Shown piece by piece: positions 1 to 13,032 of a stretch of 64,000 bases of DNA; positions within the stretch are counted from its first letter, which is position 1; every line of letters starts with the position of its first letter. The stretch is taken from NCBI GenBank assembly GCA_964035545.1, contig OZ037766.1:32788773-32852772 (forward strand), read 5' to 3'. The notes beneath the pieces were generated by a model. That model worked only from the letters and a program-made list of their open reading frames with translations. It was not told where the DNA came from and ran no database searches. The translations under genes and the position numbers were made by a program. This stretch comes from Bugula neritina. Lineage: Eukaryota > Animalia > Bryozoa.

Positions 1-1447
1 AATAATAACTAATAGTAATAGTAATATTCATAGTGATGGTGACTAAGTTCCATTTCTAGTGATACTCATACTGATGATCATGATGATGACCGTGATACCT
101 TTTATAGTTTATAATTATCACATTTGATTTAGTTTTACTTTTACTTTTAGTTTTACAAAACTCGAAGTCTAAGTCAAAGTGAAAGTCCATCTCTGATCAG
201 TGATCTCAATCATACTCAAGTGATAGTGAGTCAATATAAATCTAATCTTATAGTTATTAACCTCAGGTTTTGTAAAAGTTACAGTGGTAGCGTATTGAAG
301 CTTCTCTACTGACTAATAGTAATAGTCAATAATCAATAACCTGTAAAGGCTAAATTAAAATTGAGAAGGACAAGTCGTCGTTGGTTCACTCCCTTGAGTT
401 TGACACTGATGTTATGTATCACATGACCATTGCGCTAATCTATTATTGCGAAATGCTAGCTTATCAAGCGCCTGAAATAATTCGTTATATCTTATACAAA
501 CTTTAAAAGATGTCGTGTCCCTTAGTGCTATATGTGAAGGTAAGATAAGTCTGAGCTCATGAAAAATTTAGCAGTCCGGTGCTATCAGTGAATTAAAACT
601 TGCTATAGTTTATAATTGGGTGTTGTAGTTTTAAACATCAATAATTCATGGGCGCTCTCACTGAGCTGGAATATGAATTATAACCCGAATATTAATCCGA
701 TTCAGTGGGCGTTCAAACTTAGCAAAATAAGAAAAGTCTGAGGTTTTTCAAGGCCGTTTTTATAAACTTTTGGGGTGTCTCGAGTTGGGGACATAACCCC
801 AAACGTCAAACTCTGAGCTAAAATCGTCCTTCACACCAACTTGGAGCTGCTGATAAACCCATTCAATAGCAACAGCTCGGCATAAAGCGTCCTATCACTT
901 GGTGCAATTTGAGTTTACGGTCAATTTATTTTTCGAAATTCAAACCCCAAATCCCACTGCACTCAATGAGTGTGACTTCAACTTCAAGCTTTGTACTGCA
1001 TCAATTTAAAAGTTATCTTTATTGAAAGAGATATTCTATATAATTTTATATTTCAGTGGGTATGGCATTAACTTTAAGTTTTATCTTCAAGTTTAAAATT
1101 ATTATTATACCTAATTACTATTACTATTAGTAATTACTGAATTGGTAATTTTAATTTAAATTATAACTATAACATTAACTGTATAAGTATAAGTTATTTG
1201 ATTGGTAGTAATACTGTTACTCTTCGTGTTATGATTTAATTCAAATAACAATATTCACAGTTTTATGATTCTACATTAACATGTCATTATTATTAATATT
1301 AAGGTCATCATGATTATGGTGCATACTAACTTGATGCTCTTTTGGCTTTTCTTTTTGAACATTATCAGTCAGCTTTGTAAAATTGAATTACCAGCCCAAC
1401 ATGACCATGTATGTTTTTTACATTCACTGAAAATCGTGTTGTAAATT

Positions 1448-3916
1448 ATGCAGAAAATGGTGTCCCCTGAGAGTAGTGTTGATGAAGAAAGGTATTTGGA
1501 GACATTTGATGAGTTATCTCAGTCACTCACTTATACTAGAAGCAAATCTGTTGATCCCAGTTTGAATTCATCTACTGTTGACAGCAGAAGTGGCTTGTGG
1601 GTATTTATCTTTCAATTTTTTCTAAACACTGTCCATATTGATAAACAATATATACATCTATTATTTGTTTGCAGATTAGACGTGAGTTGTAAATAAGAAT
1701 GATTTTATGTAGAACGCTACACGTCATTTACTTTTCGCATGCCCGAAAGCACGTTTTTAGGTTTAAGTTTGTATAATTTTATTTTAGTGATTTAAAAAAA
1801 GAAACAAGCAATTATTATTCAAAAGATGATTATTCAGAAGATTTTGCTAGTTGCACCCCTAGTAGCACTCCCACTTTAGAACTTAGTCTATCCCAGGAAT
1901 ATCTCACTGATTTCTGTTCAATAGACACAACTAAGGATTCCGTCAATGCAGGTGATGTGTCTTGCTGTCAGCAGGTATCAACTCATAGTCACAGTGTCAC
2001 GCCGCGTGACTCCAGTCAAAGTAACAATCATCAGACTGATTCTCCTGAGCATGATGATGGAACCGACAGCTATGACTCACAGTCTTTCACCAGTTTGACT
2101 CATAGTACAACCTCCAAAGACTCTCAATCTGTGACTACGGCTAGTAAAACTCATAGTACAACTTCTAGTGACTCTCAATCTGTGGTTAGTATTAGTAGGA
2201 CTCTCAGTGACTCACAGTCAATAACTCATTTTACTGATAATGAGACTGCCTACAGTTACGGCACATACTCAACAGAATTTGATAACTCTTCCAAATCAGA
2301 GTCAGTTAAGGATACAAACGCAGGGAATGGGGAGACAATGGAGCACCTAATGAATAATATTCGGTTAAACCTGCACCCATCTGCACCTGCAGGTGATCTA
2401 AACAGCATTATCTTAGCACAAATTTTTATCTCATAAGCTAATTATATACATATCGTATATTCATTTTATTTGCCTTTTATTTTCAAAATCAAATGAAGAT
2501 AACATTTTTTTCTGATTTCTATAAATTAATTTTTTAACCAAAATTTCTTAGCAACTCAAAATATTGGATTAAATCAAGAGAGACTTGTTAGTGCTGAGAG
2601 TGTCGGTAACTAACCTGTGATGTGCTTGTGATATCGTAGAACCTGTAAGAGTTATAATACAAAATAGTTTCATCATTAGTTCACCCGAGAGCAAATTAGC
2701 ATAATATATGTTTGTGTGAGTGCGTGTGTGCTCTATTATAAATAATTCAAGTTTATATGAATTATTTTAGAAACTTGGGTCAATAAACTAGAGAAAGCAG
2801 CTGAAGTTTGGTCCGAATCAAGTAAAAAAGGCATTTTAGCTCTCATAGCTAACTTACAAAGCAATCAAATGAATAATGTTGAAGACTTGGACACTGACTC
2901 TACAGTTGATAGAGAAATCCCCGCTGGCCACCACTATGCCTACGCAGTTGAGAAATTACGAATTGATAATGTCTTGCTTGACATGAAGGCGAAAGTCAAA
3001 GCTTTGGATAGAGAAATTGATGAGCATCGGAGAGCTTCAAGGTGAAATAGTCTAAATTCTTGTCCAACTGCAGTATGAAAACATTTAGCAGTAAAAGCAA
3101 AGCTGTGAGTAATTTTTACAGGGTATGATCAATGCAGTCCTGAATAACGTTTAATTCCACTCAAAATGAAATTCTCAGGTGGCTCAACATGCTTCTCTGA
3201 TCACATTTTAAAAGAACATAATATACGTAGATATTTACGGTGGTTAGTATAATGAAGAAAAACGGATGAATCCATATCTAGGTCTCAAAGCAACGGTGGA
3301 CTCGGCTATACTATACGTATATAAACTTATAAAGCATGAGCGTACAGAGCTCAATGCGTATTAATTGTTATATCAACTAGTAGTATTGCTCTGGGTATGA
3401 GCGGCCTCGTGGCCTAATGGATAAGGCGTCTGACTTCGAATCAGAAGATTGTGGGTTCGAGTCCCATCGGGGTCATTATTTTTTAATTTTTTTCAGGGTA
3501 GAACATTGCGATATTTCCAAGTATGTATTGCCCAGAAAGCTTCAACTGCAGCGTGAAGCTTTTTTGCTGGCAATAGATAAGCATGAAGCTGAAATGGCAA
3601 GTACTGCATCTGTATAATATTTAATCTGATTATTTATGGCCAACACTTTTCTACTGTTTTTTGTATCAATTCAATAAAAAATAGTTATCAATAAAATAGG
3701 AAGCATACTGTAATACTTGTGGTCTATTGAAATGTATTTTCCAATATTATTTAACAAATAAATTGGTTTTTGTAGAATTCTGTGTCAATGATAGGCTCAT
3801 TAGCACACGACCTTCCTAAGCCTACTGACAGGCCAGAGGAGATATGGGCTAAGTTGATGAATACAGCAAAACGCCGCGTCACCACACCTTCTCCAAAGAG
3901 TAGTGACAATGCATAA
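1448..3916 (+). CDS. C8orf48/DUF4606-like protein, multi-exon (approx. 1448-1591?, 1713-1760, 1838-2392, 2771-3041, 3497-3596, 3776-3916)
   Basis: Exons join in phase from about 1838 onward: a Ser/Thr-rich N-terminus, then ...KLRIDNVLLDMK...VEHCDISKYVLPRKLQLQREAFLLAIDKHEAEM|NSVSMIGSLAHDLPKPTDRPEEIWAKL. This resembles the recalled C8orf48 C-terminal motif (AFL..IDEH...IG...PR..D.P..IW..L). The 5' exons are uncertain. Confidence 0.65.
3403..3475 (+). tRNA. tRNA-Arg(TCG)
   Basis: 73-nt cloverleaf: acceptor stem GGCCTCG/CGGGGTC, D arm TGGCCTAATGGATAAGGC (A box), anticodon arm TCTGA-CT-TCG-AA-TCAGA, T arm GTGGG-TTCGAGT-CCCAT (B box), followed by T-runs. Confidence 0.97.
3479..3493 (+). terminator. 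Pol III oligo-T terminator of the tRNA, overlapping the host intron's polypyrimidine tract
   Basis: TTTTTTAATTTTTTT lies 3 nt after the tRNA and runs directly into CAG (3494-3496). Confidence 0.75.
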
Positions 3917-4880
3917 TGCTGCAATAGTGGGTCCTTAGAAACATCTCCTTGGCTGCAGAAATGTAAATGTTCAACACGTATATTTTGTTGTTGACCCATT
4001 GGTGTGGTAATAAGACCAGCGACTTGTTTACCATAACAAACTTTAGACTAGTAAATATCTCCATACAGCTCTTCTGTTCAGCAAGCAAAGGTAAAGCAGC
4101 ACTGCACTGTATCCATGACAGGTATAGACTAGCCAACCGACCATTATGAAGTCCAATATTTGATGAACCATCCGTCCATTATGTTGAGCCTAGTGTTCAG
4201 ACTGAGTAGGGTTAGACCAGAGCTCAATGTGCGAGTTTACACAGGGCATGAGTTTAGAGTTTAGACTATCTGCTCACTTTGAAACTCAGTTTGTAGATGA
4301 TAGTTTGTGTATCTTATTTACAGGTGCAGATAAAAGCAGGTTATATAAGAGATCTGGTTTGTTTAAAATTAAAGATCAATAATATATATTATTTGCAAAG
4401 CATTGATTTAAGATCTATTGAGTACCTGCTTTAAAATTTATATTTGATAGTAATAGTTGCATGAAACATGTTAGACTTGTAAAATCAAATTTCTTTGACA
4501 ATAGAATAGAAAGATGTGTATAAAATAATAAAATAAACATACTTTTTTATGCAAATAATTTGTTTTGCAAAATAAGTCAATAAATCAGCGAAAATACATA
4601 ATCATATTATTATTAGTAAACACTGGCATGAAGTCAATAGAAAAATATTACTGTATGACTATAGATTTGCAGTAAGTTACTGACTAGCAACTACTCTACA
4701 TCTTACCAAATTGATTATTCTTTTAGATTAGTAGCATTATTAATAGCATATAACAATAGAGTTGATTATCAAATCCCAATTGAAATATAATACAACACAG
4801 TTGACATATTTCAATATCGAATAGTCAAGACACAAAACAAGATAATAATCTTGAGACACAACTAAAGATGTTGTCATAGC

Positions 4881-7800
4881 CTAGGGAGCCTCATGTTGTA
4901 GCCCTAGTTTTTCTACCAAATCCGCTCTCATTACAAACTTCTGAACCTTGCCGGTGACTGTGAGAGGGAATGAGTCCACGCAGACTACGTACTTTGGGAT
5001 CTTGAAATGCGAGATCTGAGAGAAAACAACATTTCCATAAAAGTAAACAGATTGAGAAAAGAAAAACTTACTTCTGATTGTTGAGAATACATGGCTAAAG
5101 TGCCAATTTATCTAACATACTCCGTAGAGGCATTAGAAAGATTGTAACCAGTGAAAGGACAAGGAAACCCGCAACAGAAACACACTAACCTCTCCTTTGC
5201 AGAAATCTTTCAATTCCTGTTCGCTCACACTCATTCCTTCCTTGACTCGTATACAAGCACAGATCTCCTCACCCATACGCTTGTCGGGAACACCTGAAAG
5301 CACAGACTATGAGTTAGAATGAGAGTGAATGAGGCCAGTTTCCCCAAGTAACACAGGCTATTAAGTTTAAACATCAAAAATAAGAAATCTTTTGATTCAG
5401 AAACCTGAGTGACTGAGACACAGATGAGATTAGCTTAGGAGTTGCGATACATTCTTTTGAAATACATCGAAATATTGCATATTAGCAACATGCATGAGTC
5501 TGGCAGGTTGTGCCAATAGAATACAGCAAAAGTACAAAAAAGAACGAACCTACGATCTGCACATCTTCTATAGCGGGATGTGTGTACAGAAACTGCTCGA
5601 TCTCTACGGGGTAAACGTTCTCTCCACCTCGTATTATCATGTCTTTGATTCTACCATTTATCATAACGTAGCCATCTTCATCCATTATACCGATATCCCT
5701 AAATGGACACAGAAAGCGCATCAGAGAGAAATGTAACTTCCACAAGCTGAGACGGGTCTGAACCTTCCTACCAACTAAGAGTACTTATGACATGACCTCA
5801 AGCTAAGGCAGATTTAACAGCTCACCCTGTGTGATACCACTGAGTGGGTGAAATAGCAGAGTCTGTCTTCGCTTTATCCTCCCAGTAACCCAGCATAGTC
5901 GAGTATCCTCGCGTACACAACTCCCCACCTTCACCTCGGGGCACCACCTGCCCAGTCTCGTCCACAATCTTAGCCTGAGAAGTGAAATCAATGTCCTTGA
6001 ACTTGCTAAACTCATGACTGAATATCTTATAAAAAGGCAAGCAACGGATTTGCAAGAAATCAACAGAGTTGTCTCACCTCTGTGTGGTCTAAAAGGCAGC
6101 CAATAGAACCGCATCTCTTTTCTACACTGTCATCTGGAAATGTGAGGAACGTGACTGGGCTAGTCTCAGTAGAGCCATAAGCCACCTGCAAACATTCAAC
6201 ACTACTTGTCACTTGCTAGTGAATGTCAGAATATGTCTTACTCATACACTATACTACATATTACTACTAAACTCTTGTCATCACACTTGCTAGTGAGTGT
6301 CAGAATGCATCTATAAGCTATTTATTGTGCAACACATCAGGTAAAGTGGAAGGAAGTGATTTATATAACATACGCAAGCCTTAGGCATATGCAGCTTTTC
6401 ATTTACTTCTTTCATTACTTCTATAGGGCAAGGGGATCCAGCCATAATTCCTGAAACAATAGAGCTAAGGCTATAGCATAAAAACATTAGTGTTAGAATG
6501 GGTGGAGAGAAAAAACAAGCCTTGTAATAGAAGACAAGGGCACTAAAACACTGAAGGGTAGGGAGTAAAACACTGAAGGGGAGGGGGTAAAACACTGAAG
6601 GGGAGGGGGTAAAACACTGAAGGGATGTAAGAGAACAGCAATAAAATATTACTAGAAGACAGAAAACATAAAATGGAAAATGCAATAAAGATGGCATTGG
6701 GATTGGTACACTGAGGCAACATTTTAAAGGCAAGCAATCAGAGACAGGAATAAACTTAATATTTTCCTGCTTTCACTGTTAATGGAAGTGTAACATAATA
6801 CTGGTATGTAGTTTGGTACATCTAGGAGGTGCGAAAGCACAGAGCCTACCAGATTCCAACGAGGTGACATCATAGTTATCAAAGTTGGGGTGATTGAGAG
6901 TGTCGATGAACATAGTGGGAGTACCATAGAGTATATTGCATCTGAAAACAAACAGCTAGTCTTAGTTGGTGAGCACACACACGCACATGCACGCACACTA
7001 ACGTTTGTTATGCGAATGTTAATACAATATATTGAGGACAGGAAGTTGTCATACTTCTCTGACTGTATACTTTGCAGACTAGCCTCAGGTTCAAATGAAG
7101 GTGCGGGGTACACACAGGTTACACCGTGCACAACATTCATCATGGATCCCCCAACCATGCCAAAACAGTGGTAGAGAGGCACTGGCAAGCAAATCCTATT
7201 AATCTGCAAACAGGGAAATGAAACGTAGAGAAAACCTTGAATACTTCTCAGTCTGACTAAACTCTCTTTACAGAAGGACTTTAGTGTGGGAGGGTTGAAA
7301 TGGGGAGCATTGAAAATTATTAACTGTTGCTACCACCGCTACTACTGCCACCGCTACTACTACAACCACAACTACCACCACAACTACAACCACAACTACA
7401 ACTACTACTACAACCACTACTACAACCACAACTACCACCACCAATACCACTACAACTACCACTACTATTAGTACTACCACTACAACCACCACTACTACTT
7501 CTCACTACCACTACAACCACCACTACTACTACCACTACTACTACTACTAGTACTGCCACTACTACTACTATTAGTACTGTGACTACGACAGTGCCACATA
7601 TAGTAGTTGAATACTTACAGTTTCATGATATCCCATACGATAGCCTATGAATCTGGAATTGTTGACAAGATTGTGGTGGGTCAAAGTAGCCCCTTTAGGG
7701 TTGCCTGTTGTACCCTGTGATACATATAATATTGTATACGTATATAGTATTTAGTAGATACTGTATGCTATATACATATATATGTATACAGTATACTATA

Positions 7801-10610
7801 TAGTATATAGTATACTGTATACATACATATTATATAGTATACTGTATACATATATATTATATAGTATACTGTATACATATACAGTATATAGAGTAGACTG
7901 CATAATAAAGAGGTAAGTACATATAATAGATAAGTAAGTATATATATATAGCAAAGGCTAACCTAGAATATATGGCCACAAGCCGCACACCGATTGGCTA
8001 AGAACTACTCACTGATGTAAACTGGATGTTGACTGGCTCATCAAAGTGAATGTTCTTAGCAAATTTCTCCATCTCTAGTCTGTGTTCCTGAGTGCCCATT
8101 TGACAAACTTGGTTGAAAGTATGGGTACCCCTAGCGAGATGGAATTTATACTCAGCACAAGCTAATCCCTGATGGAACTATAATCAACCTTACTACCAGG
8201 TTTGATCTAATAGACATTATCGGAGAAGATTGAAGAGGAGAAGTTTGAAGAAACGGAATAGTTAAAAACTTCTGTAAGCAAACAACTCTGTGTACTAGAG
8301 AAAGAAAGATTGAAAGTATAGTCGCTGTTACTGGGAGTAGGTTTGTAGGGTTAATGTAGACGGTGTAGCTAGGTGCTGAGTAGACAACATGCAGCTGTGA
8401 AACAAGGTTTACAGGGCAGTTAGTCTGAGTATTTATTAGCTAGTCTGAGAAACAGCAGTGCAGGTAAAGGTCACAGTTGTACCTAGCAGGTCAGGTCAAG
8501 TAAATGAAGTATCCAGATATATGCAGCTGTGCTATCAAGTACAGGCGTACTTAAAGAGGAAGTACCAATATGAATGTATAAACATTGACGCAACAGACAT
8601 CACAAAGCACTAACAAATAATCTCAACATAAAATATAATAAATAAAACACAGACTTTCAATATCTAATGCTCCGAACACACAACACATCAACTAAAGAGA
8701 CATTATATAACACAACTAGTCTAAACTAAAGACAACAATGCTATGTTCTCTCTGGTGATCATGTGTAATCCAGACTTGCAGCTTTCCTTGCTATGCATGC
8801 AAGTGAATGTTTCCTAAGACATGCTTGTTTTATACACACTACCTCACAGTAAAGAGAAAATAACTCTAATTCATATGCTGTATACCTTACCTAGCCAACC
8901 TGCATATAGCTACAGCCTGCAAGCAATAGACTTGGCATTATACATGATACAGAGTAAATGTTGACTACCATATTAAATGATGTCCAAACACTAAACGCAG
9001 TGTGTAACTGAAACCCAGTGCGTTGTAAGCAATGCGAGAGCTGCACTTACGGCTTAGCAGTGTCTCCCATTATGATAACAGAGGTGAGTTCCGGCGCCCT
9101 GTAATACATATAGAGTACCGTATAGAGCAGAGTATTAGCCCTGTAATACATATAGAGTACTGTATAGAGCAGAGTATTAGCCCTGTAATACATATAGAGT
9201 ACTGTATAGAGCAGAGTATTAGCCCTGTAATACATATAGCGTACTGTATAGAGCAGAGTATTAGCCCTGTAATACAGATAGAGTACAGTATAGAGCAGAG
9301 TATTAGCCCTGTAATACATATAGCGTACTGTATAGAGCAGAGTATTAGCCCTGTAATACATATAGCGTACTGTATAGAGCAGAGTATTAGCCCTGGTAGA
9401 TACACACTACTAACATTACTGTAATGGCAACACTGGGAGTTGTTTACTCTAGCTGACTAGCATGGATATAGAGAGGACAACTCAAGAAATTAACAATTAA
9501 CAGCTAAGATAATATAGTATAATTACAGCGTTATACATAATATTGTTCACTAGTGCTTATATATAAGCTGTATAGAGTTTATCAGAAGTTCTACAATGTA
9601 TTCTTCATCATTATATTCTGAGGCCTATACCAGTCACCCCTACCGCAAGGATCTATAAAACTACAGCTAACCTGTGGCACTGTAGACGGCCAGGAGGGCA
9701 TCTGGAAAGTTCTGGAAACAACTCAAACATCATCTCATAGTAGTCTTGAGTCTTAAAAGATTCAGCCATAATCATGGCTTTCATTCCAACCTTCTGGATG
9801 GCGTATTCCAGCTCTTGTACTCTGTACGCTGGGTTCACATTTACCTGCATACACAGTAAAAAGGTCTATTTTTACCTGCATACAGAGCAGTAGAGTCTAC
9901 ATTTACCTGCATACACAGTAAAACGGTCTACTTTTACCTGCATACAGAGCAGTAGAGTCTATATTTACCTGCATGCACAGTAGAAGGGTCTGCATTTACC
10001 TGCATACACAGTAGTGGAGTCTACATTTACCTGCATACACAGTAAAATGGTCTACATTTACATTTTGAGTTATAAATATTATTGAAATTAAAGAGCTGTT
10101 GAGCTTACCATAATGAGACCAATGTGTGCAGTGGCAATCTGAGTAAGAACCCATTCAGCTCTGTTGGGACTCCAGATACCGACCCGGTCTCCCGGCTTAA
10201 GTCCTAAGGCTAATAGCCCGGCAGCCAAATCATCCATCTGTACAGAAAGTATATATTGTATAAAGTAGGTGGAGAGAGATTTCTCTTATGAGACCCTTTA
10301 GTGGGACACATGCCGTTACACTATATCATCATCCTCTATGATGCCTAAGTAAGGTACTCAGTTACTAACACAAGCTAACCATATCACCAGTGACAGTAAA
10401 AAGTGATGAAATATCTGACCTTGGACTTGAACTGCTGGTAGGTCAGTCTCACTTTATCTCGCGAGAAAACAATCATGTCTCTATCAGGTGTTGCCTCCAC
10501 CTGTTTATTGAATAGTTCACCGATTGTAGCCCCACTGAGGGTGTGGTCACTGGGAGAACTGGCATAACTAAGTTTGACGGAATATCGGCAAACTGAAGAG
10601 GACAGATTCC
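4881..10610 (-). CDS. ACSF2: Medium-chain acyl-CoA ligase ACSF2 (AMP-binding), about 14 exons
   Basis: Spliced motifs: [25 protein letters not shown]|VNVNPAY; NIQFTS|[19 protein letters not shown]; [14 protein letters not shown]; GIMAGSPCP; AYGSTETSP; [15 protein letters not shown]; [20 protein letters not shown]; [10 protein letters not shown]; [12 protein letters not shown]. Stop TAG at 4881-4883. The start codon is uncertain and may be split (AT|G) with an exon near 10709-10736. Confidence 0.92.
6543..6625. repeat. About 22-bp tandem repeat (TAAAACACTGAAGGGGAGGGGG), about 4 copies, in an ACSF2 intron
   Basis: Direct inspection. Confidence 0.85.
7330..7590. repeat. Degenerate (ACT/ACC/ACA)n trinucleotide microsatellite in an ACSF2 intron
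   Basis: Direct inspection; it explains the poly-V, poly-T and poly-S pseudo-ORFs. Confidence 0.95.
7720..7950. repeat. TA/TAC-rich low-complexity intronic repeat
   Basis: Repeated tatagtatactgtatacata units. Confidence 0.8.
9097..9395 (-). repeat. 42-bp minisatellite (7 units, 8 acceptor copies) spanning an ACSF2 3' splice site
   Basis: ccctg recurs at 9097, 9139, 9181 ... 9391. On the minus strand each unit reads TATTACAG|GGC (the 9391 copy reads CTACCAG|GGC). Confidence 0.95.
9841..10062 (-). repeat. 31-bp minisatellite (7 copies) spanning an ACSF2 3' splice site
   Basis: ttacctgcat recurs at 9841, 9872, 9903, 9934, 9965, 9996 and 10027; the minus strand reads ATGCAG|GTAAA. Confidence 0.92.
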
Positions 10611-11559
10611 TGCAACTAATTGAAATATAAGACAACTCCGCTACTCGTTTTAAAGAATTGGTTTTTTATTTACAGACTATAGAAAGAGTTGTCTTATCGA
10701 TGACTCACATGGGATAATTGTGAATCTCATCAAGACCTGCATTTGAGTAATAATTCTACTACTTATTTTGGGATTCCAGTGGCCTGTACTTGAAACGCAT
10801 TCTATTTTGCAAATTTTTATTTATATAAAGTTATGGCTAATAATTTTGTATATCGTAATTATTAAAATATATGAAAAACTGCAACCAACATAGAAACCAA
10901 ACATCTTTTTAATAACAGATAATCTGCCATAACTGATTAAGTATAATTTGCCATTGTTTAAGCAGAAAAATACATTTGAGCATCATAAACTATAAATATT
11001 ACTCTAAATTAGTCACAACATATATAGTGACTCAACAAGCTTTAACTATGATAACATAGCACAGCTTATATGTATTGTATTGATAGTGCGGATGTATTGT
11101 ATTGAGACCACCTTTGAGTATAAGGAGATAAACTTGGTGGCAATCTTGAACCAACTCTGAGACTCAACGAATGAAGACGTGTCAGCAGAGTCATTCCTCA
11201 CACAGTCCGCTTTTGATCTCCAGAAACTTAAAATCAAAGAAGTCTCTAATAAAGCAAGATATTTCAAGTAAATTTTTGATCCACAACTAAACTATTTTTT
11301 TAAATCTTCTTCTTCCACAACTCTTTCATGGTCATGACGATGACGCCAATTCAAGAAAAGTGAAAGTTTCAATAAATCATCCAACACATTCTTTTTCAAC
11401 ATTTCTACCTTTGAATTTATCATCGTGAATAAAATCACAATATGAACAACGTATTCAAATTGTTTATCAAAACAAACATTAAACTTTCAACTCAAATTGC
11501 TTAGTCAAGTTTAGAATTTCAAAGTGCATGATGCGCATTTGCGGCCAGAACGTTTAATA

Positions 11560-11930
11560 CTTAGTCTTATTAGTTAGTTGTAATTTACTTATACTTATGA
11601 TTCATAAGGTAAGTTATGATTATAACTAAAAATAAAACGACAAGTACAACTACAAGTGCATGCTAATGCTATTAGTATTACTGTATTACTATTAGTATTT
11701 AAAGTAATGTATCAGTATGAGTATGACTATGAGTATGACTTTCACTATGATACTGACTATCACTATTACTACGGGTATCACATTCACTATCAGTATCACT
11801 ATGACATTGACTATGAGTCATATTCATATTGATATTCATATTGTATCAGTAGGAGTAATAGTATCACTATCACAGTATCAGTATGAGTATGACTAAGAGT
11901 AAGACTAAGAGACAGAGTACGTCTATTAAA
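11560..11930. repeat. Cryptic period-3 (AGT/ATT/ACT/ATG) low-complexity tract
   Basis: agtatgagtatgactatg and actatcactatt runs. Confidence 0.8.
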
Positions 11931-12954
11931 ACTCAAACTGAAAGCTCGTTAAGGAGTCAGGTTTTCCATCACTTTTCCTATGCACTATCTAGGGTTTCTC
12001 TCAGTCTTTGCAAATATTCCCTAGCAATATACTTATAGTAATCATAATCCTCATTGTTTGACAATTCTGCAACACTGCAACTGTCCGAGCTTGATGCGAC
12101 CTTGAGAAGCAGCTGCTGGTACCTGCAACAAGATAATCATAATGGATCAGTAGATGCTGCGCGAATTATGAGGTCACCGAGGACAGTGTTGGTATGCAAA
12201 TTTCAGTCTAAAGACATTCCAATGTACCCCCAACCATCGAACTCAATAATAATATGTAGTTCGATAGGTCTATTCCAGCTCAGTGCCCCCAACTCTATTA
12301 TCAAGGCCTCAAAAGAACTGCACGCACCAACTCTAATTTTGTGCTGCATCAAACGATTTTCAAGAAGATGCGCTGTTTCTACTTGTGGCTAACCGCACAC
12401 TGTGCCTTCACTACCTTTCTTAAAATTATGACCCTATGACGGGGTGTCATAGAGCCTGTGAGCGAGAGCGCGTTGTTACAAAGCGCTTCGCTCAACTCTG
12501 TGGTTATAATATTGTCAAAGGTCACGCTACTATTAATTTCGCGATTAAAGTAGGAGTGCACTATAACTTCCAGCTCGAAAAATCTACCCTAACGAAAATC
12601 AAAATGAAGATTCATATTTTGTTTTGTGAATTATATTTCTTATGTTTAGACTTTTGTTAGTTTTGTCTAAAAATTATATGCTTCAAAATAAATGATTTTA
12701 TTGCAGTTGCTCAAAATAATTAATAATTAGAATATGAATAGGAAATTGAATTAAATTTTTAAAATTAATGAATATCAAATTCAATATGAATATGAATATG
12801 ATTTGATTATCGTTGTGATAATAAATCAGAATCGATAATTGTAATAATAATCATAACTCATAATCATAATGAATTTCAATTTGCCTTATAACTTGGACTT
12901 ATAATAATAAATCTATGCTAAATAATATAATATTTTATTATTTATTGTAATGAT

Positions 12955-13030
12955 GACTGTGTGGTCCAGAGGTTAAAGGCGCCAGTGATGAGTTGTTTGG
13001 CCGTGGTTCAACCCTATTCTGTGGCAATTC
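12955..13030 (+). mobile_element. tRNA-derived SINE head or tRNA-like pseudogene with Pol III A and B boxes
   Basis: A-box-like GTGGTCCAGAGGTTAA at 12961 and B-box-like GGTTCAACCC at 13005, with tRNA-like spacing. No intact anticodon arm or acceptor stem. Confidence 0.6.
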
Positions 13031-13032
13031 TT

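Noticed and set aside
3417-3617. 66-aa ORF starting inside the tRNA
   Set aside because: Its first part is tRNA and intron sequence; only 3497 onward is exon.
3751-4149. Short minus- and plus-strand ORFs at 3751-4149
   Set aside because: They overlap the last exon and 3' UTR of the C8orf48-like gene and show no motifs.
7268-7650. Poly-Val, poly-Thr and Ser-Gly ORFs (also 24119-24606, 45324-45524, 52378-52785 and 38211-38423)
   Set aside because: These are translations of trinucleotide microsatellites in introns or intergenic DNA.
9032-9424. Plus-strand repeat ORF ([14 protein letters not shown])n
   Set aside because: It is the antisense reading of the ACSF2 intronic 42-bp array.
12955-13030. 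A second functional tRNA gene
   Set aside because: No closed acceptor stem or anticodon arm; kept only as a tRNA-derived head.
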